Virus record (IMG/VR): IMGVR_UViG_3300045922_000709
Coordinates: 1 to 64,000 of that record
Length of the DNA: 64,000 bases
Strand: one strand, 5' to 3'
Source of the DNA: a virus
In this document: positions 7,293-16,006 of the stretch, one piece after another
Layout: each line of letters starts with the position of its first letter
Numbering within the stretch: position 1 is the first letter of the stretch
Translations under genes and position numbers: made by a program
Notes under the pieces: generated by a model
What the model was told of the DNA's origin: nothing
Seen by the model: only the letters and a program-made list of their open reading frames with translations
Database searches by the model: none

Positions 7293-7307
7293 AACTTTAT
7301 TTTTTTA

Positions 7308-7769
7308 ATGGAACCTGTCGAACGCGATAATAAAATTAAAAATGATTTATATATTTCAAAAAAAGCAAAAATGTATTTAATAGAAAATGTAAATTTTGAG
7401 ATAACAATTGATGAAGAGTATTTTAGAAAAAGAGACATTTGGCTCAACGAAATCATAAAAAATTTACATAAAAATAAAGAATTATTTACATTGTCTAAAT
7501 TTTTCAACTGCATTTTTGTCGAACGCGATTGTGTTTGCAATTCAAAAATAATTCATCGTTTAAATTATTTTCATAAAGTTATCGATTTCAATTTATGTTT
7601 TGAAATATATGATACATCAATAATTTTAAAAGTAAATAACTTAATTATATTTGAAAATGAAGTTTATAATTTTAAAAATTTTAGACTTTTTTATAAAAAC
7701 TTTTTAAATTTTTTAAAACAGGATTTGTCGAACGCATATCTTTCAGATTTAAATTCTGATTTAAATTAA
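7308..7769 (+). CDS. Hypothetical protein (contains 3 TGTCGAACGC copies)
   Basis: ORF track. Confidence 0.6.
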   Translation: MEPVERDNKIKNDLYISKKAKMYLIENVNFEITIDEEYFRKRDIWLNEIIKNLHKNKELFTLSKFFNCIFVERDCVCNSKIIHRLNYFHKVIDFNLCFEIYDTSIILKVNNLIIFENEVYNFKNFRLFYKNFLNFLKQDLSNAYLSDLNSDLN

Positions 7770-7809
7770 TTTATTTTTTTAAAATTTATAATTTTAATTT
7801 ATTTAATTT

Positions 7810-8298
7810 ATGGTAACAGCATTAATAGGTATGACAGGTGCAGGTAAAACCTCTCTTATGGAAAAGCTTATAAAAGACGGATATAGAAATTTACCTATTT
7901 ATACAACAAGATATCGTAGAGAAAACGAAGGTTATTTAGAATATGAATTTTGTCAAAAAGAATTTTTTGAAGAAATGATTAAAAACAAATTTTTTGCAAA
8001 TTATCAAATATATAAAAATAATTATTATGGTTTTCCTAATTATTATCTAACTTATGGAGAATATAATAATAAAGTTAATCACGTTATGATTGTAAATCAT
8101 GAATTTGTAAAAGAACTAAAATTAAATAAAAGACCTAATTTTGATGTAGTTTTTTTAGATTGCCCTGAATATATAGCACGAGAAAGATTAGTTAAAAGAG
8201 GCGATGATGAAGCAGAAATTAATCGTAGATTAGCGATAGAATCAGATTTGTTTCGCAACTTTAATGATTATAATACTAAAATTGAAATTGTTATTTGA
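7810..8298 (+). CDS. gmk: Guanylate kinase-like NMP kinase
   Basis: GMTGAGKT P-loop, YTTRxxRxxE, YxNNYYG, RLxxRGD. Confidence 0.85.
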   Translation: MVTALIGMTGAGKTSLMEKLIKDGYRNLPIYTTRYRRENEGYLEYEFCQKEFFEEMIKNKFFANYQIYKNNYYGFPNYYLTYGEYNNKVNHVMIVNHEFVKELKLNKRPNFDVVFLDCPEYIARERLVKRGDDEAEINRRLAIESDLFRNFNDYNTKIEIVI

Positions 8299-8479
8299 TT
8301 TATAAAAAATCTTTAAATTATAGTATATTTAAACACTATTAAATAATTTTTAAATTATAATCAATTATTAAAAAATATATTAAATCGTTTTTAAAACTTA
8401 AAATAGAAACATATCATTGTGTATATTTAACTGTTAATGTTGTATTAAAAAAAATCACAACGCAATTTTAATTTAATCA

Positions 8480-9004
8480 ATGGAAAATTTACAAAAATCT
8501 ATCGTTATAGAAAATTATATAATTTATGAAGATAAAAAAGATATATTAGATTATGAAAATTTATTAGAAAAAATATCAAATTTAACACATGAAGATATAC
8601 AAAAAGAAATATCTTCTGAAATAACAAATATAATAGAAAATAATAATGTAAAATATATGTATAACAATTTAGGTATTAAAGATAATAAAACAAATGAAAT
8701 AATAGAAGTTTTATTATCAAATAGCTATAGCTCGTTTCAAGATTATGCATATGATGAATCTTTAAATTGGCCTTATGATATGAGAGATTTTCTTAAAGAT
8801 ATTGTAAAATATATAGATGATAAAGAATTTTCTAAAAATGATATTAAATTGTTTTTTAATCCCGAAATTAAAAACTTTTTATGTATTGAATTATCGGCAA
8901 ATAATAAATTAAAAGAATTACAATCTGAATATTGTTTACAAAACCCTAATGTTTATATAAAAGAAACATTAGATTCTGATTATTTAGTTTTAAAACAATC
9001 TTAG
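8480..9004 (+). CDS. Acidic hypothetical protein, paralog 1
   Basis: IENYIIYEDKKDILDY aligns with IEMYILYEDNYSIRDY of the next gene. Confidence 0.75.
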   Translation: MENLQKSIVIENYIIYEDKKDILDYENLLEKISNLTHEDIQKEISSEITNIIENNNVKYMYNNLGIKDNKTNEIIEVLLSNSYSSFQDYAYDESLNWPYDMRDFLKDIVKYIDDKEFSKNDIKLFFNPEIKNFLCIELSANNKLKELQSEYCLQNPNVYIKETLDSDYLVLKQS

Positions 9005-9013
9005 TTTACTATC

Positions 9014-9547
9014 ATGGAAATTCCAATGACATCTATCGAGATGTATATTTTATATGAAGATAATTATTCAATAAGAGATTACAAAACACTTATTTCAGAA
9101 ATAGAATCTAAATCTGAAGAAGAAGTAAAAGAAATAATAGACGGAGTTATAGATGAAATTATAAATTCTAACGAAATTGAAAAAATATACAATCAATATA
9201 TTTTTGATAAAATTGAACCAGATTCAAAAGAAGTTTCAAAAATTAAATCTTTGACAATTGGAGAAGATTGGGATAGAAAAAAAGATGGCCCTATAGAAAA
9301 AAATTACAGTCCTATAGATTCTTTTAAAAAAACAATAGATAATTTAAAATTTATGGGAATTTTAAAAGATATACCTGAATCAGATTTAGAAGAATTATAT
9401 AACATTGAAGTAAAAATATTTCATTGCTTGTACATAGACGTAGATGAAGAATATGAAAAATTAGAATATTTTTCTAAAAATCAAAATTTGGTTTTATCTG
9501 ATTGTGTAATACCTCATTTTTTAATTTTAAAAGAAAATTTATTATGA
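9014..9547 (+). CDS. Acidic hypothetical protein, paralog 2
   Basis: Similar to 8480-9004 at both termini. Confidence 0.75.
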   Translation: MEIPMTSIEMYILYEDNYSIRDYKTLISEIESKSEEEVKEIIDGVIDEIINSNEIEKIYNQYIFDKIEPDSKEVSKIKSLTIGEDWDRKKDGPIEKNYSPIDSFKKTIDNLKFMGILKDIPESDLEELYNIEVKIFHCLYIDVDEEYEKLEYFSKNQNLVLSDCVIPHFLILKENLL

Positions 9548-9888
9548 TAAACAATAAAAAAACAGAAAAAGAATTTGAAAATTCTGTTAAGCTTGTTTTT
9601 CGCAAAAAAGATATATGGATAGCACATAAAGGAAATGAATGGTTTTATGCAGATTTAAACGAAAAACCAATATATGATGCTCGTTTTGAATATGTTTGGC
9701 ATTTTTTTGAAGACATTGCTTGTGCAAAAATAAATGGACTTTATTGTCATATAAATAAAAAAGGAAAAATATTATATGATGAAAGATATTATATAGTTCA
9801 TCATTTTAAAAATGGAAAATCACTTGTAAAAGAAACCGAAAAATCTAAACCATTTTACATTAATAAAAATTTTATACGTATTAATTAA
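9544..9888 (+). CDS. WG-repeat protein, type A (start moved to ATG 9544)
   Basis: HINKKGKILYDERY repeats; ATGA coupling to upstream stop. Confidence 0.8.
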   Translation: MINNKKTEKEFENSVKLVFRKKDIWIAHKGNEWFYADLNEKPIYDARFEYVWHFFEDIACAKINGLYCHINKKGKILYDERYYIVHHFKNGKSLVKETEKSKPFYINKNFIRIN

Positions 9889-9894
9889 AATATC

Positions 9895-10443
9895 ATGATC
9901 AATTTCAAAATAAAAATAATCAAAACCCCTGAAGGGCTTTGTCATACCGATGAGTCAGAACAGCCAATTTACGAGTATCGGTTTAATTGGATAAGCCAAT
10001 TTAAAGACGGTATAGCAGTTGCAGAAAAAAATAATGAATGGTTTCATATAAATTTATCTGGCGAACTAATTTATAAAGCAAGATTTGATAATTTATTTAA
10101 TTTTTATAACGATATAGCAGTTGCTGTAAAAAACGAATTTTATTTTCATATAAATTTATCCGGTTTACCGCTGTACGAATCAAGATTTGATTGGGTAGAT
10201 AAATTTAGAGATAACGTAGCAACTGTAAGAAAAGATGACAAATGGTTTCATATAGATTTATCAGGTTTACCTATTTATGAAGAAAAATTTGATTGGACAA
10301 GAGAATTTTATAAAAACATAACAGTTGTTGAAAAAAATTGTTTATTTTATCATATAAATAAAAAAGGTCAACCGCTTTATGAATTAAAATTTGATTGGGT
10401 TAGTCAATTTAAAAATGATATAACAACCGTATCTGATTTCTGA
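9895..10443 (+). CDS. WG-repeat protein, type A
   Basis: WFHINLSGxPIYxxRFDWVxxF, about 5 repeats. Confidence 0.85.
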   Translation: MINFKIKIIKTPEGLCHTDESEQPIYEYRFNWISQFKDGIAVAEKNNEWFHINLSGELIYKARFDNLFNFYNDIAVAVKNEFYFHINLSGLPLYESRFDWVDKFRDNVATVRKDDKWFHIDLSGLPIYEEKFDWTREFYKNITVVEKNCLFYHINKKGQPLYELKFDWVSQFKNDITTVSDF

Positions 10444-10488
10444 AAATTTAATTAAACTTTTTAACCATATTTTAAAATAAAATTTATT

Positions 10489-11130
10489 ATGTCATTGTTA
10501 AACGATTCTAAAATTTTAAATAAAACAAATTTTGAAAATATAAAAAAAATATATAATTCTAAAAATTATGCTTTTTTTGAAAAAGGAAATTATAATTTAA
10601 ATATTTTTGGGATTAGAAATAGTAATCATAAAGCAGATCAATTTGATGATGTTTTAGGTGTAGTTTATATAATAGATGGTAAAAATTATACACATTTGTG
10701 GCCCGCTACAACCGACCCCGGCGCAACTGAACTAACTAATCCTTCTTTTCCAAATGCTATCGCCAAAGGCGTTGCTATAATGGCAGAAGGACAATATAGA
10801 GGTGCTTATCAATTAGGATTTCACGGTAGTGGCACATGGAGACATGAAGCTTTAGTGCAAATAAAACCTGTTCGTATTTATAGAGATTCTAATCGAAATA
10901 CAATATTAGATTTTTTACCTAAAACTCTTGAATCAGGTCTTTATGGAATTAATATCCATGGTTCTTCTCTTTGGGGTGTAGCTCAAAATGTAGGTAGAGC
11001 TTCAGCAGGTTGTCAAGTATTTCAAGCAGGTAAAGATTTAAGAGAATTTATAGCTATTTGTAAAAAAGCATCTGCTGTTTGGGGTAATTCTTTTACTTAT
11101 ACTTTATTTAATCAATCTGATTTTAATTAA
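10489..11130 (+). CDS. Putative endolysin/peptidoglycan enzyme with an L,D-transpeptidase (YkuD)-like His-Cys site
   Basis: GINIHG-x11-SAGCQV; also NIFGIR, ATTDPG, YRDxN. Confidence 0.7.
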   Translation: MSLLNDSKILNKTNFENIKKIYNSKNYAFFEKGNYNLNIFGIRNSNHKADQFDDVLGVVYIIDGKNYTHLWPATTDPGATELTNPSFPNAIAKGVAIMAEGQYRGAYQLGFHGSGTWRHEALVQIKPVRIYRDSNRNTILDFLPKTLESGLYGINIHGSSLWGVAQNVGRASAGCQVFQAGKDLREFIAICKKASAVWGNSFTYTLFNQSDFN

Positions 11131-11168
11131 TTTATTTAATTTATTTAATTTTAATTAATTTATTTAAA

Positions 11169-11615
11169 ATGAAAAGTCAATATGATAAAATTTATCCTTT
11201 TTCAAACGAAATAGCTATTGTTGAATTAAATAACAAATATAATTACATAAATAAAGATATGAATCTTATATCTAAACAATGGTTTGATAAAGCTTACAAT
11301 TTTGATAAAAATTATGGAATTGTATTTTTAAATAATAAATTTAATTTAATAAATAAGCAAGGTGAATTATTTACAGATTCTTGGTTTGATAAAATAGCTA
11401 AATTTAATAATTTAGTAGATATAAAAGATAAAGAACTATTTATGAATATCAAAGGAGAATATATTTTATCTAATTGGGTAAATGCTATACTTGCTTTTTG
11501 TCAAAATTTATATGTAGTTGAAAAAGATAACAAATATAATTTCATAAATGAAAAATCTGATTTTATATTAAAAGAATGGATAGATGGTTCATTTAGTTTT
11601 GAAGAATTTAAGTAA
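11169..11615 (+). CDS. WG-repeat protein, type B
   Basis: KYNxINKxxxLxSxxWFD repeats. Confidence 0.85.
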   Translation: MKSQYDKIYPFSNEIAIVELNNKYNYINKDMNLISKQWFDKAYNFDKNYGIVFLNNKFNLINKQGELFTDSWFDKIAKFNNLVDIKDKELFMNIKGEYILSNWVNAILAFCQNLYVVEKDNKYNFINEKSDFILKEWIDGSFSFEEFK

Positions 11616-11651
11616 AATTAAAATAAATTTTTAATTTTTAATTTTTAATTT

Positions 11652-12677
11652 ATGACTTTTCAAATAAAACCTGAAAATATTAAACCTTTTATTAATGGTT
11701 TATGTATTGTAATTTCGCAAAATGGTAAAAAAAATTTAATTTCTTCAAATAAAAATTTTATATTCGATACTTGGGTTGATGATATATATCATTTAAAAAA
11801 TGGTTTAAGTGTAGTTGTGTTAAATAATAAATATAATTTATTAGATAAAAATAATAAGCTTATGTTTAAAAAATGGTATAGTGCTTTAGATTCTTCAGAT
11901 AAAGATTTTATTAAAATAAAAACAGGTAAAAAATGGAAAATTTCAGATGTTTCTGGTAGATTTTTAACTAATGAAAAATTCGATTACATAGGTCGTTTTA
12001 ATAAAGATTTTGCTCAAGTTGAATTAAAAAATAAATCGAATTTTATAAATAAAAAAGGAGAAATTTTATGTGAAAAATGGTTTGATGATATTTATGGTTA
12101 TTTTGACGATTTAATTTTAGTTGAATTAGACGACAAACGCAATTTTATAAACAAAAACGGGAAACTTATATTTGAAAAATGGTTTGATAAAGTAATTTCA
12201 ACGATTTGTGATTTTTTTATAGTAAAATTAAACGATAAATATAATTTTTTAAACGAAAAAGCAAATTTTATATCTGATCAATGGTTCGACAGCGTTTATG
12301 GTTTTAATTCATTTTTTGGAATTTTTAAACATTTAGCAAAAATTAAATTAAACAATAAATACAATTTTATAAATCGAAAAGGTGAATTTTTATTAAATCA
12401 GTGGTTTGATAATATTTATATATTAAATGAAAATTTAATAATAGGTAAGTTAGATAATAAATATGCATATGTAAGTCTTTCTTATAAAATTTCATTTATT
12501 GAAAATTTTGATGAATTATATGATGATTGGTTTGATAAATTTGGTATTTCAAAAAATAATTTAGCTTTAATTAGAAAAAAAAATAAATATAATATTTTAA
12601 AAGATGATGGAACACTTGTGTTTGAAGAGTGGCTTAATAAAGATTGTGAAATAATTAATCATTATTTTGAAAAATAA
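11652..12677 (+). CDS. WG-repeat protein, type B
   Basis: About 8-9 repeats: NFINKxGxxxxxxWFD. Confidence 0.85.
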   Translation: MTFQIKPENIKPFINGLCIVISQNGKKNLISSNKNFIFDTWVDDIYHLKNGLSVVVLNNKYNLLDKNNKLMFKKWYSALDSSDKDFIKIKTGKKWKISDVSGRFLTNEKFDYIGRFNKDFAQVELKNKSNFINKKGEILCEKWFDDIYGYFDDLILVELDDKRNFINKNGKLIFEKWFDKVISTICDFFIVKLNDKYNFLNEKANFISDQWFDSVYGFNSFFGIFKHLAKIKLNNKYNFINRKGEFLLNQWFDNIYILNENLIIGKLDNKYAYVSLSYKISFIENFDELYDDWFDKFGISKNNLALIRKKNKYNILKDDGTLVFEEWLNKDCEIINHYFEK

Positions 12678-13721
12678 ATGGAAAACTTAAAAGAACAAAA
12701 ATTTAATAAACTTTATTATTTATCAACAGGTTTTTATAAAGCTGAATTAAACGATAAATATGTTTTAATAAACGAAAAAAACGAATTAATATTAGATACA
12801 GAATTTGATTTTATTGATAGTCTTTATTATCCGCCTGTTTATGATAAAATATTATTTCTTGTTAGACTAAATAATAAATATAATTTAATTAACGAAAAAG
12901 GAAAAATATTATTTGATGAATGGTTTGATTATGTTGATTTATCTTATGGGAATTTAATTAAAGTCAGATTAAATGGAAAATATAATTTTGTAAACAAAAA
13001 TGAAAAATTAATATTTAAAAAAGGATTTAATGAAGTTTATTGTTTTGAAAAAAATTCTTGTCTACATAATGTTTTATATAAAGTTAGAATAAATAAAAAA
13101 TATAATTTAATAGACAAAAATGGAAATTTACTTTTAAACAAATGGTGTAATGAAATTTTCACTCATTGTGACAATATTCTTAAAGTAAAATTAAATAAAA
13201 AATTTAATTTTGTAAATAAAAACATAAATTTTATATCAAATCAATGGTTTGATGAAGCTTATGGATTTTCTAAAACTTATTTTTTTTATAAAGATATAGC
13301 TCGAGTTAAATTAAATAATAAATATAATTTAATAAATAGAGAAGGAGAAATATTAATTGATGAATGGTGTGATAATATAAGTATTTCTCAAGAATATAAA
13401 AATGTTTGTAAAGTTTCATTAAATAATAAATTTAATTTAATTAATCAAAAAGGAAAATTTTTATTAAAAGATTGGTGTGATTTTATAAATTTTTTAACTG
13501 AAAATCTTATATTAATTAAAATATTTAATAAAGAAAAAATTGTAAATATATTAGATGAAGATATATTTGATAAATGGGAATATAACTGGTTTGATAAACT
13601 TTTTTTAACAAAAAATGAAAAACATATAGTGAAATTGAATAATAAATATAATGTGGTAAATAGTGATGGAAAATTTATGTATAATGAATGGGCTGATGCA
13701 TATGGTGAATTTAATTTTTAA
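12678..13721 (+). CDS. WG-repeat protein, type B
   Basis: About 8 repeats: LNNKYNLINxxGxxLxxxW. Confidence 0.85.
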   Translation: MENLKEQKFNKLYYLSTGFYKAELNDKYVLINEKNELILDTEFDFIDSLYYPPVYDKILFLVRLNNKYNLINEKGKILFDEWFDYVDLSYGNLIKVRLNGKYNFVNKNEKLIFKKGFNEVYCFEKNSCLHNVLYKVRINKKYNLIDKNGNLLLNKWCNEIFTHCDNILKVKLNKKFNFVNKNINFISNQWFDEAYGFSKTYFFYKDIARVKLNNKYNLINREGEILIDEWCDNISISQEYKNVCKVSLNNKFNLINQKGKFLLKDWCDFINFLTENLILIKIFNKEKIVNILDEDIFDKWEYNWFDKLFLTKNEKHIVKLNNKYNVVNSDGKFMYNEWADAYGEFNF

Positions 13722-13724
13722 GTT

Positions 13725-14837
13725 ATGAATGATAATATGGAATACGACATTGTAAAACCTTACGGTGAAAATTTACATATTGTAAAATTAAAAAAAAAAT
13801 ATAATATTATAACAGATAAAAAAACATTTACATTAAATAATTGGGTTGATAATATTGGTCTAATAACTAATGAATTTGCTATAGTTGAATTAAATTATAA
13901 ATATAATTTTATAAATCAAAATGGAAAAACTTTATCAAATCAATGGTTTGATCATGCATATTATGAAAAAAATAATATAGGTGTGGTAGAATTAAATGAT
14001 AAAATTAATTTTATAAATATAAAAGGTAAACTTTTATCAAAAGAATGGTTCGATTATGCTTATTCTTTTATAAATGAATTTGCAAAAGTAAGAAAAAATA
14101 ATAAATTTAATTTTTTACATATATCAGGTAAACTTTTATCAAAAGAATGGTTTGATAAATGTGAAAATTTTATAAATGATGTTAGTATAATAAAAATAAA
14201 CAATAAATATAATTTAATAAACAAAAAAGGTGAATTTATATTTAATCAATGGTATGATTATATTTTTAGCAGCTATAAAGATTTTAAAAAAATAAAAAAT
14301 AATAATAAATATAATCTTATAGACAATAATTATAAATTAATATCAGATCAATGGTTTGATGAAATTTACGAATTTGAAAATTTTTCTGATTTATGTAAAG
14401 ATTCATATAAAGATTTATATTTAGTTAAAATAGACAAAAAATATAATTTAATGAACAAAAAAGGCAAAATTGTATTTAATCAATGGTTTGATAAAATTTA
14501 TAGTCCTTTTAGTACTTTGCGTAGAGTTTTTAAAGATAATAAATTTAATGTATTAAACGAATACGGGGAAACAATATTTAAAGAATACATAGATAAAGAT
14601 TCTAGTTTTAATAAAAATTATGATTTTTTAGAAAAAATATATGCTGTTGAATTAAACAACAAATACAATTTAATAAATGAAAAAGGAAAAATATTATTTA
14701 ATCAATGGTTTGATAATATTTCTATATATGATGAAAACAATTTTATAATTAAATTGAACGGAAAAACTAATTTTATAAACAAAAATGGAAATATTATATT
14801 TAACAATTGGGTTAATTTAATTTTTAATAATTATTAA
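13725..14837 (+). CDS. WG-repeat protein, type B
   Basis: About 9-10 repeats. Confidence 0.85.
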   Translation: MNDNMEYDIVKPYGENLHIVKLKKKYNIITDKKTFTLNNWVDNIGLITNEFAIVELNYKYNFINQNGKTLSNQWFDHAYYEKNNIGVVELNDKINFINIKGKLLSKEWFDYAYSFINEFAKVRKNNKFNFLHISGKLLSKEWFDKCENFINDVSIIKINNKYNLINKKGEFIFNQWYDYIFSSYKDFKKIKNNNKYNLIDNNYKLISDQWFDEIYEFENFSDLCKDSYKDLYLVKIDKKYNLMNKKGKIVFNQWFDKIYSPFSTLRRVFKDNKFNVLNEYGETIFKEYIDKDSSFNKNYDFLEKIYAVELNNKYNLINEKGKILFNQWFDNISIYDENNFIIKLNGKTNFINKNGNIIFNNWVNLIFNNY

Positions 14838-14867
14838 TTTTGTAAAATTTTAATTTATTTTAATTTT

Positions 14868-15860
14868 ATGTCTAAATTTAATTTTTTCGATAAAAATGAA
14901 ATTTGGGAAAACAAAGCAGAGATTTTACGTTTAGCTAAAAATGAAAAAGCTTGCAGTACAGAACTTGAAAAAGCTGAAAATGCAAAAACAAAAGATGAAT
15001 TTTACAAGGTTTGTTTTAGAAATATACCTTGGTTATTAAAAAGAAATTTATTTAAAACAACTTATCAAGATATATTAAATTTTAACGATAATTTTTTAAA
15101 AGTTATGATTAATAAAAAATATAATTTAATTAATGATAAAAATAAATTAATGCTTGAAAAATGGTATGATCAAATAATAGATTATGAAAAAGGTAAAATA
15201 AAAATTACAAAATACAACAAAGATAATATTTTAATTAAAAATTTAAAACTTCTATCAGATCAATGGTTTGATGAAATTACAAAAATAAAAAATAGTTTAT
15301 ATTTAATTGAATTAGATAATAAATATAATCTTATGAATAAAAAAGGAACAATTATTTTAAAATCTTGGTATGACGATATTTGTTATTTAGAAGATACTAG
15401 ATTTTTTAAAATTGAATTGAATAAAAAACAAAACTTTATAAATAAAACAGGAAAAGTTTTATCAAAGCAATGGTTTGATCATGTTTTTAGTTTTTCAGAA
15501 GATTTTGCAAGAGTTAAATTAAATGATAAATGGAATTTTATAAATATAAACGGAAAATTAATATCTGATCAATGGTTTGATTATGTTTTTGATTTTAACA
15601 GAGGTGTTTCATCTGTTATTTTAAACGACAAATGGAATTTTATAAATGATGAAGGAAAGATTTTATCAAAAGAATGGTTTGATTATGTTCGTAATCATTA
15701 TGATATTTTTAGTTCAGTTAAATTAAATGACAAATGGAATTTTATAGATTCAAACTTAAAATTACTATCAGATGAATGGTTTGATGAAGTAATGTTTTTT
15801 CATAATCAATTGTGTGGTAAAAAAAATAATAAATGGCACGATATATATATTTATCATTAA
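14868..15860 (+). CDS. WG-repeat protein, type B, with a distinct N-terminal helical domain
   Basis: N-terminal LRLAKNEKAC...NIPWL, then LNDKWNFINxxGKxxSxxWFD repeats. Confidence 0.85.
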   Translation: MSKFNFFDKNEIWENKAEILRLAKNEKACSTELEKAENAKTKDEFYKVCFRNIPWLLKRNLFKTTYQDILNFNDNFLKVMINKKYNLINDKNKLMLEKWYDQIIDYEKGKIKITKYNKDNILIKNLKLLSDQWFDEITKIKNSLYLIELDNKYNLMNKKGTIILKSWYDDICYLEDTRFFKIELNKKQNFINKTGKVLSKQWFDHVFSFSEDFARVKLNDKWNFININGKLISDQWFDYVFDFNRGVSSVILNDKWNFINDEGKILSKEWFDYVRNHYDIFSSVKLNDKWNFIDSNLKLLSDEWFDEVMFFHNQLCGKKNNKWHDIYIYH

Positions 15861-16006
15861 TGTTATATTTTACAACGATATAAATAAACAAACAGTCAAA
15901 CAATGGTATTTTTTGAAATTTTAAATTATTTATCGAACAAAACAAATATTTTTTATCTAAATAGTTATATAAATTTATTATTTTTTTATTTAAAACTCTT
16001 ATATCA

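Larger units (their letters stand above)
431..7735 (+). repeat. Dispersed 10-mer TGTCGAACGC, 7 exact copies (431, 691, 1728, 2484, 7316, 7517, 7726)
   Basis: Read directly from the sequence; all copies on the + strand; 1-mismatch variants at 2958, 3311, 5932. Confidence 0.85.

Noticed and set aside
8299-8479. Replication origin or host promoter in AT-rich gaps (also 15861-16006)
   Set aside because: There are no iterons, and TAnnTTTG-like matches are not distinguishable from chance at this AT content.
9544-15860. Diversity-generating retroelement acting on the Asn-rich WG genes
   Set aside because: No reverse transcriptase is in the window and I saw no TR/VR pair differing only at adenines. 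The 90-bp repeat at 52.9/53.5 kb is identical and coding in both copies.
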